From Eledone cirrhosa (Eukaryota): a DNA stretch of 64,000 bases. This document shows positions 41,874 through 54,629 of this stretch, one piece after another. Under the pieces are notes generated by a model. It saw only the letters and a list, made by a program, of their open reading frames with translations. It was not told the DNA's origin and did no database searches. Made by a program: the position numbers and the translations under genes. The DNA is taken from contig OZ024747.1 of the NCBI GenBank assembly GCA_964016885.1, positions 92,628,001-92,692,000 on the forward strand, given 5' to 3'. Positions within the stretch are counted from its first letter, which is position 1, and each line of letters starts with the position of its first letter.

Positions 41874-42094
41874 CCCTTTACCATTTATATTACTCTATAT
41901 TCACTATTATATTTTCACAGTAAACACTTTATTTCACATAATTATGTCATATACTATCAAATCTATGAGATTTTGATATTAATTATTTTGAGAACAATAC
42001 CCTAACATCACTATGAGTGACAGGTTATGGCCAGTTTGAACAGAAAGAGATGAGAGAATTCTGGCCAGAAATGGCCGGTTTAAATGCTAAAGGG
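41874..42094. mobile_element. piggyBac-type MITE, second copy
   Basis: ttaa|ccctttaccattta ... taaatgctaaaggg|ttaa. Confidence 0.85.
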
Positions 42095-42912
42095 TTAAGA
42101 GAAATTTGGTTACTATTTGTAGCAGGTCGGTGACTGTCTAGAAGCTTTCTTGTTAGCTTAAAACAGTTGTCATGGTTGTTAGGCATTATCATAGTAACAG
42201 TGTTGTTGTTGTTTAGCCCTAGGTTAACCCTGTAGGCCCAGGCCATCCACAACTGAGCAGACCTACCAGCACAGTGTTGGGTCTGAATAAAAGATGGGAT
42301 GGGATGGTCATAATTGGAATGCCTTTGATCATAGTTCTGTTCAGTCAAAGATGATATGGATCTAAGAAACATGACCACAAGTGGTAACAAATGACAAAGA
42401 AGGAGCCTCTATAGAATTACTTAGTTTGTTACAAATAACAACCAAATCACTTTCAAATCACATGCAATACCATCTTTTAAAAAAACAACAAATTTGCCAG
42501 ACTGCAGGTGGAAGACTAAAAGACAAGATGCAGTGTTGGCAGCTTTAGTAACATCACTAATTTTTAAAGTCTTTTATGGCATAGCTTGTAGACATTTTTA
42601 TTTTCTAAATAGTCATTTGAAATGTTTCTCACCATTTTACTGATTCAATAATAAATTATTATTTGGTGGCATTAATTAAAGATCAAAAGAAAGCCTATGA
42701 CCCAATGGCTTTATCTATGTCAGGACATGGTTTCACTTGGAAATCAATCATTCTGGAGACTGTTTTTCTGGGAGAAGACATGCTAAGGAAAAACAGTTTG
42801 AAAATGAAACCAGAGAAATATAGAAAAACCTATACACAATCACACAATATGCATGCATACATATATATCACCATCATCATCATCATCGTCGTCGTTATCA
42901 TAGTCGTCATCG

Positions 42913-42943
<31 letters not shown>

Positions 42944-43156
42944 TTAATGTCTATATATACATATATATAAATATATATATATATATAGATATATTCATAT
43001 ATATATAAATACATATACATATATATATATACATGTATATATAAATTCATATACATATATATATATACATGTATATATATATGTATATGTATATATATAT
43101 ATTTACATATATATATATATTTATATATATATATACATACATAAGTATAAGTGTAT

Positions 43157-43222
<66 letters not shown>

Positions 43223-43424
43223 ACATACATAAGTATAAGTGTATATACATACATATATATATATATATATCATCATCATCATCATCAGGTTTAGCGTCCA
43301 TGTTCCACGCTTGCATGGGTTTGGACGGGGGTTTTCCCACTTGAGGCAAGAGTGGTTGTCTTGCTCGCATAGGACTGTCTGGCCCTATGCGAGCAAGACA
43401 TATATATATATATATATGCGAGCA

Positions 43425-43475
<51 letters not shown>

Positions 43476-45027
43476 TGTATAAGTGTATATAAATATATAT
43501 ATATAGGGTAGAAAGTGGACGTTTAACAATGATGATACCAGAACTCAACAATCTCAGAACTTTGCCATCTTTGCAATGACGAGATTCTTCAGATAATCAC
43601 AAACTATGACAATTTAATCAACAAAAAATGAATTATTTAGTAGTTGTCATCATAAAATTAGTAAAACTTTCAAGGCAATGTACCAGTTCCCCAAAAAATA
43701 AGGACAATTAATAATTTAAATATATATAAATTTTGCCTAATTGAAGTAATAATTTATTGATATTTATATGTAATGGAATAATTTCATTAAGAATCTTTTT
43801 ATCCCATGCTTTGATTAGGATAGTTCAATATTTAATTTGGCATCAATTAGGATATATACAATAGATTATTTAAGGCTTTTAAAATATCGCTGGACGTGAG
43901 AGAGGAGATTCCCTATAAGTTAAAAATGCTTGTACATTGTGAATGAGTTATCTTCCTTTTGTTTACATTGTCCATAAAAATTTCTTTTTGACTAGCTTGA
44001 AAAAACATATAAAATATGAAATATGGATTAATAAATAATGATTAGACTAACATTAAAAGTAAACTATATATATCAGAATAATTAAATACAGAAGTAAATA
44101 TAACCATTCATTAAATTAAATAAAATTATACAGAGTAAATATAACCACAGTTGGATTCTAAGAAATAAATGAAAATTAAATAACAAAGTTTTCATAAAGC
44201 GAATTTCTAAATTAATTTGGATAATAAATGAGCAAAATATATTATATGTATTGATGGGGATATATGCATGGTATTAGATTTTTTGTGCCTAAAGTAGAAA
44301 CAATTATATTTTAATACATATTTAATAATTATTTAATTAGGCTTTAAAGATTAATTCTTTTAAAGTTGTAGTAAAATATTAATAGAATATCTTACGTTAA
44401 AATTTAAAATTATAATAATCTAGAATGAGCTAAATTAAATTATATAAATTTGTAATTAACTTAAATATTTGATTGCTATAGAAAGTAATCTATACCTAAT
44501 AATTTGGATATAATATAAAAGTATAATTAGCTAAAGCATAATCCAATACAAGTGATATTCATTGATATATGTGAATAGATTTTTGATTTCTTATTTTATC
44601 TAGCATTTGAATACAACGGTTTTTTATTCTCCCCTCTATTTCATATTTTCCTTTTCCTTTTCTTCATTTTTCTTTATTCCCCTTCGTTTTCCCTTTATTC
44701 TCCCCACATCTTCCTTTCTTTTGTTTTTATTCCTCTTTTCTCTTATATCTTTTTTCTTCTTTTATTCATTTATTCTTTTATTCATTTATTCATTTATTTA
44801 TTTATTTATTCATTTATTTATTTATTTATTTGTTTGTTTATTTCTTGCCTTTTCCTCTTCTTTGCACCCCCCCTGTATGTTTCTACCTTGCTCTACGTCC
44901 TTTCCTTCTTTAAGTTTATCATATTATTTGTGGTATAAAAACGTTGAGATTTGGTGAAATAAATCACTGCCAATACCGGAATTAAATAATCAAAACCGTA
45001 GCGGTATATCACATATCAAATCTTATA

Positions 45028-45086
45028 TTTTGTCTGATGAAAACGTACTTAAACACCATTGTACCTTTGAAATATGTATAATAAAA
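45028..45086 (+). ncRNA. Type-I hammerhead ribozyme, diverged family D
   Basis: ttttgt-CTGATGA(45034-40)-aaacgtac...gtaccttt-GAAA-tatgta-TA-ataaaa; followed by a family D tail to about 45260 and (TA)n. Confidence 0.7.
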
Positions 45087-45257
45087 TATATATTTTGATT
45101 ATGTATAATAAAATATGTATTTTGATTATGAGAATATTTTTCATTTATTAACATTTTCAATAATATTAACTACTCCAGGAAAATTTCATGTCGCGTGCTT
45201 CTAATCTATTGTAAAATTGTATTCGTTGATTAATCAACGAACCATATTAATCTTTGG

Positions 45258-45354
<97 letters not shown>

Positions 45355-45494
45355 ATTATATATATATATATATATATTTAGGGAGGGTCATATTGTTGTA
45401 ATAATATTGCCAGAATTAATAACAGAACACACTCACTGTTTGGTTGGTTTGCGCTTCTGTATCTTTTATATCAGTTAATTTAATTTATTCGGTC

Positions 45495-45750
45495 CACACT
45501 TTATTTCACATTGCTCCAGTTTACTCAGCTGTAGAAATAAGATGATAGGAACTATGGGCCTTATCATTCCACTGCAAAGTGGTTGTGGAGGTCCCACGGC
45601 AAAAAAAGCACCCAGCACTCACTGTAAATGAGGTTGGTGTTAGGAAGGGCATCCAGCTGTAGAAATCAAGCCAGAATCAGTTCCCGTCCCACCCTTGCAA
45701 GCAGGGAAAAGCGGACGTAAAATGAAATGATGATGATGATGATGATGATA
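45495..45750 (+). mobile_element. SINE family 2, 5'-truncated, (ATG)n tail
   Basis: Matches 46047-46280. Confidence 0.8.
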
Positions 45751-45767
45751 TATTTATATATATTTAT

Positions 45768-45869
45768 ATATAAAGAAAAAAAGATGAAATCGAAAATGCA
45801 ACTGGAGTCTTATTTTTTTTAAAAATAAGACTCCAGTTGCATTTTCGATTTCATCTTTTTTTCTTTATA
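45768..45869. repeat. Palindrome with about 50-bp arms; family also at 6068-6110
   Basis: tataaagaaaaaaagatgaaatcgaaaatgcaactggagtctta...taagactccagttgcattttcgatttcatc. Confidence 0.8.
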
Positions 45870-45947
45870 CTTTCACTCGTGTAGGACACCTCGGTTATTT
45901 TTCATTTTGTAAAAAAAACCTCACTTTCTAATATTTATATATATAGA

Positions 45948-46280
45948 TGGAGGCACATGGCTTAGTGGTTAGAGCATTGGCCTTGCAATCGAAAGGTTGT
46001 GAGTTCAATTCTCAGACCGGGTGATGTGTTGTTTCCTTGAGCAAGACACTTTATTTCACATTGCTCCAGTTTACTCAGCTGTAGAAATGAGATGATTGGG
46101 ACTGGGGTCCATATCATTCCACTGCAAAGTGGTCGTGGAGGTGCCACGGCAAAAAAGCACCCAGCACTCACTGTAAATGAGGTTGGTGTTAGGAAGGGCA
46201 TCCAGTTGTAGAAATCAAGCCAGAATCACTTCCCGTCCCACCCTTGCAAGCAGGGAAAAGTGGACATAAAATGAAATGAT
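45948..46280 (+). mobile_element. tRNA-derived SINE family 2, full length, with RTE-like 3' tail
   Basis: Box A TGGCTTAGTGG, box B GAGTTCAATTC, CORE-like ccttgagcaagacactt, tail acccttgcaagcagggaaaag. Confidence 0.85.
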
Positions 46281-46624
46281 ATATATATTTATATAATTCA
46301 ATATAATAAAGAGAGATAAACACAGATATTTACATATATATATATATATATATTTGTGTGTGTGGGCATGTGAGTGAATATGTATATATATATATGTGCG
46401 TGTGTGTATGCATGTGAATGAATATGTATATATATATATATATATATGTGTGTATGTGTGCATGTGTATGTGAATTCATCTGCTTCAGCACGTGTATGTG
46501 AGCACATATTTGTGCAATAGGAAGTGCTATTCATGTACAGTGTAGTAGTCAACTGCAACATAGTTATTTAGATGTTGTAGCTGGGATAGCTTTGGTTCTA
46601 TTTCTATTGACTTTCTTAGCTTAT

Positions 46625-46657
<33 letters not shown>

Positions 46658-46675
46658 GCGTGTGTGTGTGTGTGC

Positions 46676-46769
<94 letters not shown>

Positions 46770-46770
46770 C

Positions 46771-47035
46771 TAAGGCGGGTAAAATTCCCGAGATCCATGG
46801 ACGAGTTCTCTCCAGCGGTCTCTGTCCTTCATTATCGCTGCCATGTCCTGCATCTCCAACAGACCAGTGTCTGTCCTTAGGGCATCAACATACATTAACC
46901 TTGGTCTTCCTCTTCCAGTGTGTCCATGTAGGAGCTCCCACAGGAGCACTGAGTGCAATGTCAACTCTGGATGTTGGTGAGCATGTCCAGCTAACCTCAG
47001 TCTCCTCTGTGTCACTTTTGAGCTGACTTTTGGGA
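46771..47035 (-). mobile_element. RTE-clade LINE 3' fragment
   Basis: KVTQRRLRLAGH..HPEL....LLWE..HG...RGRPRLMYVD.L..DTG. Confidence 0.8.
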
Positions 47036-47061
47036 TATATATATATATATATATATTTATA

Positions 47062-47198
47062 TAACGAAAAAAATGTGGTAAGGAACCAGGTGGACCATAA
47101 CACACCAAAGTACTCAATACTTAGGGTAGTAGAGTGGGTAATAGGAACGAGTTTCGAAACGGCTTCAGCTCAGCCGTCGGGGTCCTACTCGTTCCTAT
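47062..47198. mobile_element. Family F copy with internal inversion
   Basis: Left part matches 9665-9751; right part matches the inverted arm 9816-9860. Confidence 0.7.
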
Positions 47199-47343
47199 AT
47201 ATATATATATGTGTGTTTATATGTATACATATGTATATAAAAATGTATATATATATGTGTGTATATATACACACACACATATATATATATATTTATATAT
47301 ATATGCATGCATATGTATATATATATAATATATATATATATGC

Positions 47344-47413
<70 letters not shown>

Positions 47414-47721
47414 ATAATAATAAAATTGAAGACTAAAATACATACATGTATGTATATGTATGTATATACATGTATGTATATATAAATGTATATATATGTG
47501 TGTATATATATATACACACACATATATATATTGCATATATATATATATATATATATATGATGAATTAGTGTTAAAGAATAAAAACTATAGAGAAATAAAA
47601 ATATATTCTAAAAAATGAGGCCTCCATGTGTGTGGCTATAGGCTATAGGCTATAGTTTGTTTAACCTATAGGTATGTCGACCACTTTACTGAAGGGAACC
47701 ACAGTTAAATAAGACAATCAG

Positions 47722-47753
<32 letters not shown>

Positions 47754-48032
47754 AACTGATATGATATATAAGTTTGTCTATACAATTCATCATTATCACC
47801 ATCACTATATATATATATATATAGTACACACTGTAAATGTGGTTGGTGTTAGGAAGGGCATCCAGCCGTAGAAAACCTGCTAGATACAGTCCTATACGAG
47901 TGAGACACGGTCACCCGACCAATCTTGCTTCAAGTGAGACAATTCCCGTGTAACCCATGCTAGCGTGGAAGATAGACGTTAAACGATCATGATCATGATC
48001 ATGCTATTGCGTTGTTATTTCTGTTTACCTTT

Positions 48033-48067
<35 letters not shown>

Positions 48068-48366
48068 TAAAATAACAAATTAAAGTTTAAGCAAAGAATC
48101 GCTGCTTTCACCCTTAACGGGATCTTCTGAAACTAAAAGAGTCAATCTGTGAACGCAGAAGTAAATATTTCAAAAAATGTTGCAACCGGAGGAAGACAGG
48201 AAGACGATACTTTGATTCGTGGAAACGTTCCCTGGCAAAGAACAAAAAAAAAAAACGAAGATAATATGTCATTATTTGGAGCGGTGAAAAGACAAAACCA
48301 CGTTTATGATATATATGAAGTCGTAATATATAACTATAGATATATATATATATATATATATAACTA

Positions 48367-48415
<49 letters not shown>

Positions 48416-48732
48416 CTATATATATATATATATAACTGCATATATGCATATACATGCATACAATCATATGTTTGCTTCTCCAGTTTACTCAGCTATAGAA
48501 ATGAGTTGCGATGTCACTGGTGCCAAGCTGTATTGCTTATTGCCTTTCTCTTGGACAACATCAGTGGCATGGATGTTCATGCAGGTGTGGTGAGCCTCAT
48601 ATATTCTAGCCATTAATAGTACGATGACTCTAGAAGTAGATATATATATATATATCTTTGATAACTTTTGACCAGTATTAGCCTAGATCATGTCTAACTT
48701 AATATATATATATGTGTGTGTGTATGTGAGTA

Positions 48733-49078
48733 TCATCTTCATCATCATCATTTCATTTTACGTCTGCTTTTTCCCTGCTCACAAGGGTAGGATGGGAACT
48801 GATTCTGGCTTGATTTCTACAGCTGGATGCCCTTCCTAACACCAACCTCATTTACAGTGAGTGCTGGGTGCTTTTTTTCCGTGGCGCCTACACGTCCACT
48901 TTACAGTGGAATGATAGAGATCCCAGTCCCTATCATCTCATTTCTACAGCTGAGTGAACTGGAGCAATGTGAAATAAAGTGTCTTGCTCAAGGAAACAAC
49001 ACATCACCCGGTCTGAGAATTGAACTCACAACCTTTCGATGGCAAAGCCAATGCTCTAACCACTAAGCCATGTGCCCA
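48733..49078 (-). mobile_element. SINE family 2, full length
   Basis: Reverse complement of 45948-46280. Confidence 0.85.
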
Positions 49079-49425
49079 CTTACTAAATAGATCAATTTGA
49101 TATTTAGGTGTTACAAATAAAGTAATTATCTAATTCAAGATACATACGAGCCATTCAAAACTTACATATAACAATACATTCAGATTTCCTTTTAATTACC
49201 TTGTTGTATACTAAGAAGTGTTTCGAAATTTCATCGAACATATATAACTAGATCAATGGTTTAATGAAATGTAATTGTATCAATCATCACTGATTATAGA
49301 TTTGTTAATGCTAGATAAAGCTCTTTGACATTTAAATTAATGTTGCAGTACATGTGTTTTGAACTGAGATTCTGACTTTTCCTCAAGGTAACTTATGAGG
49401 TTACAACATATGTCTTTCATATGTG

Positions 49426-49481
<56 letters not shown>

Positions 49482-49510
49482 TGTGTGTCTGAGCATGTAT
49501 ATATATATAT

Positions 49511-49545
<35 letters not shown>

Positions 49546-49740
49546 GGACAAGGTGTTAGATCTTTATTACATTTATTGAGGTGTGACATGCTTTTTACGA
49601 TTGATCAGCTCAAGGCTTGATCTGTATCGATCAGGCCCAACTCTCGAATATATATATAGGATAAATGATTCAGTGAATTACTGGGGGTGGTGGTACCAAA
49701 ATAAGCACTTGATGCACAGATGGAGTGCATCTATTAAGTT

Positions 49741-49771
<31 letters not shown>

Positions 49772-49989
49772 ATGTATATTTATGATATATATTTGCAATA
49801 TATATTTGTGATCATAATGTCATGGATTAAATTCCTGTGCTGGGTTGTGTGTTGTGTTCTGGAACAAAACACTTCATTTCATGTTACTCCAGTTGAAAAT
49901 GAGTACCAGCAATAGCTCATGGTTTAACCCGGCGATAGACTGGCATCCTGTCCAGTGGGAAGTCTTGAACTCTCAGTCACTTAATTGCA

Positions 49990-50345
49990 TGAAACTGGTG
50001 AACGACCAAGCATGGACGTGTTGAGAGAGAAACTGGGTATAAGAGGGATAAGTTGTGGTGTGCAGGAGAGAAGGCTGAGATGGTATGGGCATGTGATGCA
50101 CATGGAGGATGACCGCTGGGTAAAGAAGTGCCAAGTAATCCCAGTAGAAGGAAGATGCAGAAGAGGTAGACCACGTAAAACATGGGTGGAGGTGGTAAGA
50201 GAAAGACCTCAGATCGCTGAAACTCACCGAGGAGATGACGAAGGACCGTGACAAGTGGAGAGATGCTGTGCTGAATAGGACCCGTCCAACCCTTGCAAGC
50301 AGGGAAAAGCGGACGTAACATGATGATGATGATGATTATGATGAT
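49990..50345 (+). mobile_element. RTE-type LINE 3' end with (ATG)n tail
   Basis: LREKLGI..I...VQERRLRWYGHVMHM......K......VEG...RGRPRKTW.EVV. Confidence 0.85.
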
Positions 50346-50653
50346 GGGATAAGCACTGGCCTGATGAGTCTCCTGGCTTGAGACACACTTTAGACTTTAT
50401 ATATCACCATCACAGTTTCATAAAGAACATATATATAAGAAGAACTTTTGACAAAAAACTCACATGTATTCCAACTGCTCACAGAACACATGCAAAAACA
50501 TTTTTTTATATATTTAACATCTCATATTTGATAAGATCGTTATGTCAATTCAAACTGATTATAAAATTATTCATTCTGTTAGATTAAAGAAAAAATAATC
50601 TTTAAATATACTTCTGTGCATTTTCATCTTCACTTTTTAACTATAAATAGATG

Positions 50654-50735
<82 letters not shown>

Positions 50736-50806
50736 TACCACTCAACAGTTTATAGGACTGGAGTATAAATAATATAAAATCAAAAGATGGTTAAAAGAGT
50801 TCCATG

Positions 50807-50877
50807 TATTTTATTATGCGCATTTCAAAAACAAATATCATCATGCGATGATATTTGCGTTCTCATCAGATAAAATA
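50807..50877 (-). ncRNA. Type-I hammerhead ribozyme in the PLE 3' terminal region, AUA site
   Basis: Minus strand: tattttat-CTGATGA-gaacgcaaatatcatc gcat gatgatatttgttttt-GAAA-tgcgca-TA-ataaaata. 8-bp stem I; same strand as the ORF. Confidence 0.88.
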
Positions 50878-51850
50878 GGGAGACATGATATGAAGCTTAA
50901 AAAGCACTTGTGAGCAGTGAAGTGTTAAATCAACATATGAAAAATAAAATAAGATGGATATATGAGATTGGGAAAAAAAAAGGAAAGGAAGGGGGAAGGA
51001 AAAGGTAAGGAAGAGGAAGAAAGAATATAATAAGAAAAAATATATAATAATAAGGAAAGGATGACGGAGGAGGAGTATAAGAAGGAAGGATGAGAGAGGA
51101 GGAGAAAATGAGTGAGAGAGAGAGAGATAACCTTTAATACTGAGAAACACTGTCTCACAGAGAGAAGTTTAAAAAACCGTTGTAAGATAATACATAATTT
51201 TAAAAAATTTAGAAATTAAAAGTTAATGAGGTTTATGAATGGTGATGCTTATGATTAAAGAAAAAGGAATTAAGAATACTATTTATTTAAGGTTTATATA
51301 TTGAAGGGTTTAATGTGCGAAAAGGAATTTATTAAAATGTATTATTAAAATAAAATATATTAAGAAGATAAGGTGAATGAAGATAAGGTTAAATCAATTA
51401 TGAACTTAGAGGAATTAATTATGGTCCAAGTTTGTTTCTATGTATTGTAATAGGAAAAAGTAAATAATAGGTTTAATACGAGCACGGAAGGAGAGAAGAA
51501 AGAAAAAATTCAAGGAAAAAAAATATATAACGTCAAAAAAATATGTTTACAAAATTTAACTAATGGTAATATTAGTATATATTAAAAATAAAAATGTGTA
51601 TGGCCAAGAATATAAGGAAATGCTATAGTGAGTTATAATATGAATTAAGAAGTAATTGAGAAGTAAAAGTTGCAGATTAAAGATTAGAAATTAAAAAAGA
51701 AGAAAAAAGAAGAAAAATAGGGACCGCTAACGACATAGTATGAGTAATATTGTATAATATACTGAAATAAGGTAGAAAGATGGGTATATTTGTAAAAAAT
51801 ATAAACGCTTTTAAGAAAAGAAGATTTTAAACTAATTAGGTAGTAAGATA

Positions 51851-54095
51851 TTAGCTGTATACTTTATGGAAAGTTCTATGGGATTTATGCAAGCAGAGCG
51901 AAAATAAATCCGTACGTCTATTTATTATAGAATTAAAATTAGAGATAATGGTAAATTTCTCCGCTAGGCAGACATTACATGTTCTGGATAGGGAAGAATT
52001 AAGGTAAGGAGAGGCGTTGCAAACCTTCCTCCAAGAAATGTTGTAGTTAATATTTTTGTCCTTTAAGGACCATATGAATTCTGAGAGTGCCGTGTTAGTT
52101 CTTTTAAGTTGGTATTTAAAAGAAGAATTGTGATTATAAAATCTTGCTTTAAAGGAAGTGGAAGTGGAACCAAAATAGGTAAAAGAATTAGTACCAGTTA
52201 TAACCTTACATTCATACACTAAATTTTTATCAAGACATTGGTTACTAAGAGGACATTTAGTTCTAACAGGGTAATTGCAATTACGATTAGAGAAATTACC
52301 AGAGTTATTAACAAGTGACCCAGTATTATTTATAGAAGGAATTGAATTGGAGAAGTTATTTACGATAGGTGCTAAAGTTTCCTGATTTAGATTGGTATTA
52401 TGAACATTCGGCAAAGTTACGTTTGACGTCGTATTTAAATTTACGGAATCTAGCCTAGAGTTAACATTGACGTCGGGTTTACTATTGCTATTATTATGAC
52501 GCTCAGTGTTGGATGGATATAATTTATTACTTAATATTTTATTTTTATGTTTAGAGATAATGTTAGAGATGTTGGAAGTGGTGGAATAAGAGAATTTAAT
52601 TGTATGTTTATTAAAGATCTTACTATAAATACGCGAGGGAGGGAAGCATTTATCTAAGGCCCTAAAAAATAGTTTAGGAATATTACTAATAATAGATAGA
52701 GAAAAAGGAGCGTTGTACCAAATCATATTTTTATATCTAGGTCTTTTCTTTATGTTATTGGAATGCTTATAACTAACTATATTACTATAAGTCCCTCGAT
52801 GATTGGTTTCTTTACTGTATTTAATTTGGTCAGGATAACCGGCTCTGGAAAGCGCATTATTGTAATAATTGGCTTTAGCGTCAAAGATAACTTTATTAGA
52901 AGATAGATTTGAGATTCTTTTTTCAACATTACTGACTATAGAATTGTTAACGTTAATAGAGTGGTTAGATTTAAAATTAACATAATTTAGATTCTCATTG
53001 TTTTTATGGTAAGGGTAATATAGGCTGGTGTCAAGATTAAGGGATATATCCAGGAAGTTAGCTAGTTTGACGTTGTTTTCAAATTCAATTTTTAGGTTAT
53101 GGTGCTTAAATAGATCAAGTATATTATTCTTAATAATATTAAGGTTAACTAAGTTACAGTTTAAGACAGTAAAAAGGGCATCGTCACTATAAATTCCACC
53201 GCGAAGTTGAGGAATTTTCCGATTTAAAGAATTCAAAATAAAGATTCCAATCAAGTCCGTCAATTGCGCTGAATCCGACGAACCCATTGTGATATCAAAA
53301 TTGTTGGAAGTATCAGCTCTAGTCCAATATTCGTTGTTGAATTCCAGGATAGTTTTTCTTGCGGTGAGAATGATCTACAGTTCCTCTGTGGTGATGTCAG
53401 AATATTTAAATGCAAAAGAGAGAGCGTTGTTGAGGAGTGAAGGTGAAATAGAAGAATAGTAACTGGCAATGTCAAACTGAATAAATTGTTGTTTGTTTTT
53501 ATTATTCAGGTCATTGAACCAGTTAATTACATCAGATGTACCAATCCCTAAATTTAAGTTAGAAATAGAGCAATTAGAACGAACCTGTGGGATAATTCTA
53601 TCCAAAATGGATTTACTAACAACCCCCAGATCGGATTTAGAGGGGGCGATTAGTCTAACAGGCAGTTCCGTTCGAAAGTTACTTTTGTGATCCTTAAGAT
53701 TTATCCTCGGAGTTCTTGGGAAAAATGGTTCGGTCTTTTCTCGATGCCAAGTTTAGACATAATCTCAGAAGCTTCCAAGTTTATAGATTCCAGATTCTCA
53801 TGGTTAGTTTTACGATAATTCTTCCTTAGTTCCTTAAGGATAAGGTTATTATATTTATCTTTAGATACACCATATAAATTATTAGTTTTGTCGGAATGGA
53901 CTAAGACTTTTATAGAAGAATTAAGGTCCGAAATCGTATTCCTGAGATTTATAAGGTGCTCCTGTCCTCTATAAGGGTTTCGCTTGAATTTAAGTCCTCT
54001 TATAATATTAACTAATTCTTCCTCAAACTGTGCTAGATTTTTATTGAAAGGAGTATTTCTTCTAGAGTTAAAGAAATGATCAATATTGTTACGTT
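51851..54095 (-). pseudogene. PLE reverse transcriptase / GIY-YIG endonuclease ORF with one frameshift (~53730) and one in-frame TAG (53375-77)
   Basis: LKDHK.NF..ELPVRLIAPSKSDLG..SK.ILD, QFDIASYYSSI, DITMGSSDSAQ, GIYSDDAL. Endonuclease: CPL...C...LVYEC.V...YFGST.TSFKARF.NH, CNVCLAEK, CLH. Confidence 0.9.
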
Positions 54096-54310
54096 CCACA
54101 ACCCCAGTGGACAGAATGGAGAAGGCGTTTCCCCGGAGGATGGTAAGGGGGATGCGCTGGAAGAACCATTCCAACTCGCGAGGCTCACACCTGTGGTTGG
54201 CCAGGTCAGCGCCTATGGTGCTGAGTAGGGAGGTAGCCCTAGGGCCAAGGACACCAGAAGTCTCCACTGCCAAGGCCACGACGGCGAACCTGTCGGAGAG
54301 CGATCGGTAT
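54096..54310 (-). mobile_element. CRE-clade RLE fragment joined to the PLE 5' break
   Basis: LAVETSGVLGPRATSLL.TIG..L....EPRELEWFFQRI.LTILRGNAFSIL. Confidence 0.8.
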
Positions 54311-54628
54311 CTTTCTATCTATCTATCTATCTATCCATCCATATCTCTGTTTATCTTTCTAGCTATCTATTTATCAATTTATCTATCTGTCTATCTTTCT
54401 ATTTATCTATTTATTTATGTATTCAGTTCTCTATCTGTTAGTCTAATTCTATGTCTGTTTATATGTCTATCTATTTGCCTACCCCTCTACTTATATGTCT
54501 ATCTGTTTGTCTATCTATCTATCTCTGTTAGTCTATCTCCCTGTCTATCTATTGATCTCTGTCTATCTATCTATCTGTCTATCTATTTATCTGTCAGTTT
54601 ACCTATCTATATAATTCTCTATCTGCCT
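54308..54628. repeat. Degenerate (TATC)n microsatellite
   Basis: Read directly. Confidence 0.85.
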
Positions 54629-54629
54629 A

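Larger units (their letters stand above)
50733..54095 (-). mobile_element. Penelope-like retroelement (Naiad-like), 5'-truncated, 3' end in (TA)n
   Basis: RT plus GIY-YIG ORF, about 1.1-kb 3' region containing an HHR, ending at (TA)n 50657-50732. Confidence 0.9.

Noticed and set aside
43515-43605. Minus-strand CTGAAGA-atctc...gagat
   Set aside because: No GAAA at the base of the stem; not called.
45948-46020. tRNA gene
   Set aside because: Box A and box B belong to a SINE head that continues into a multi-copy SINE body.
50361-50395. CTGATGA-gtctc...gagac hammerhead start
   Set aside because: Stem II is good but GAAA and stem III are absent; at most a relic.
51851-54095. Selenocysteine read-through as reported for some Naiad PLEs
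   Set aside because: No in-frame TGA was seen in the reconstructed frame; the only internal stop is TAG.
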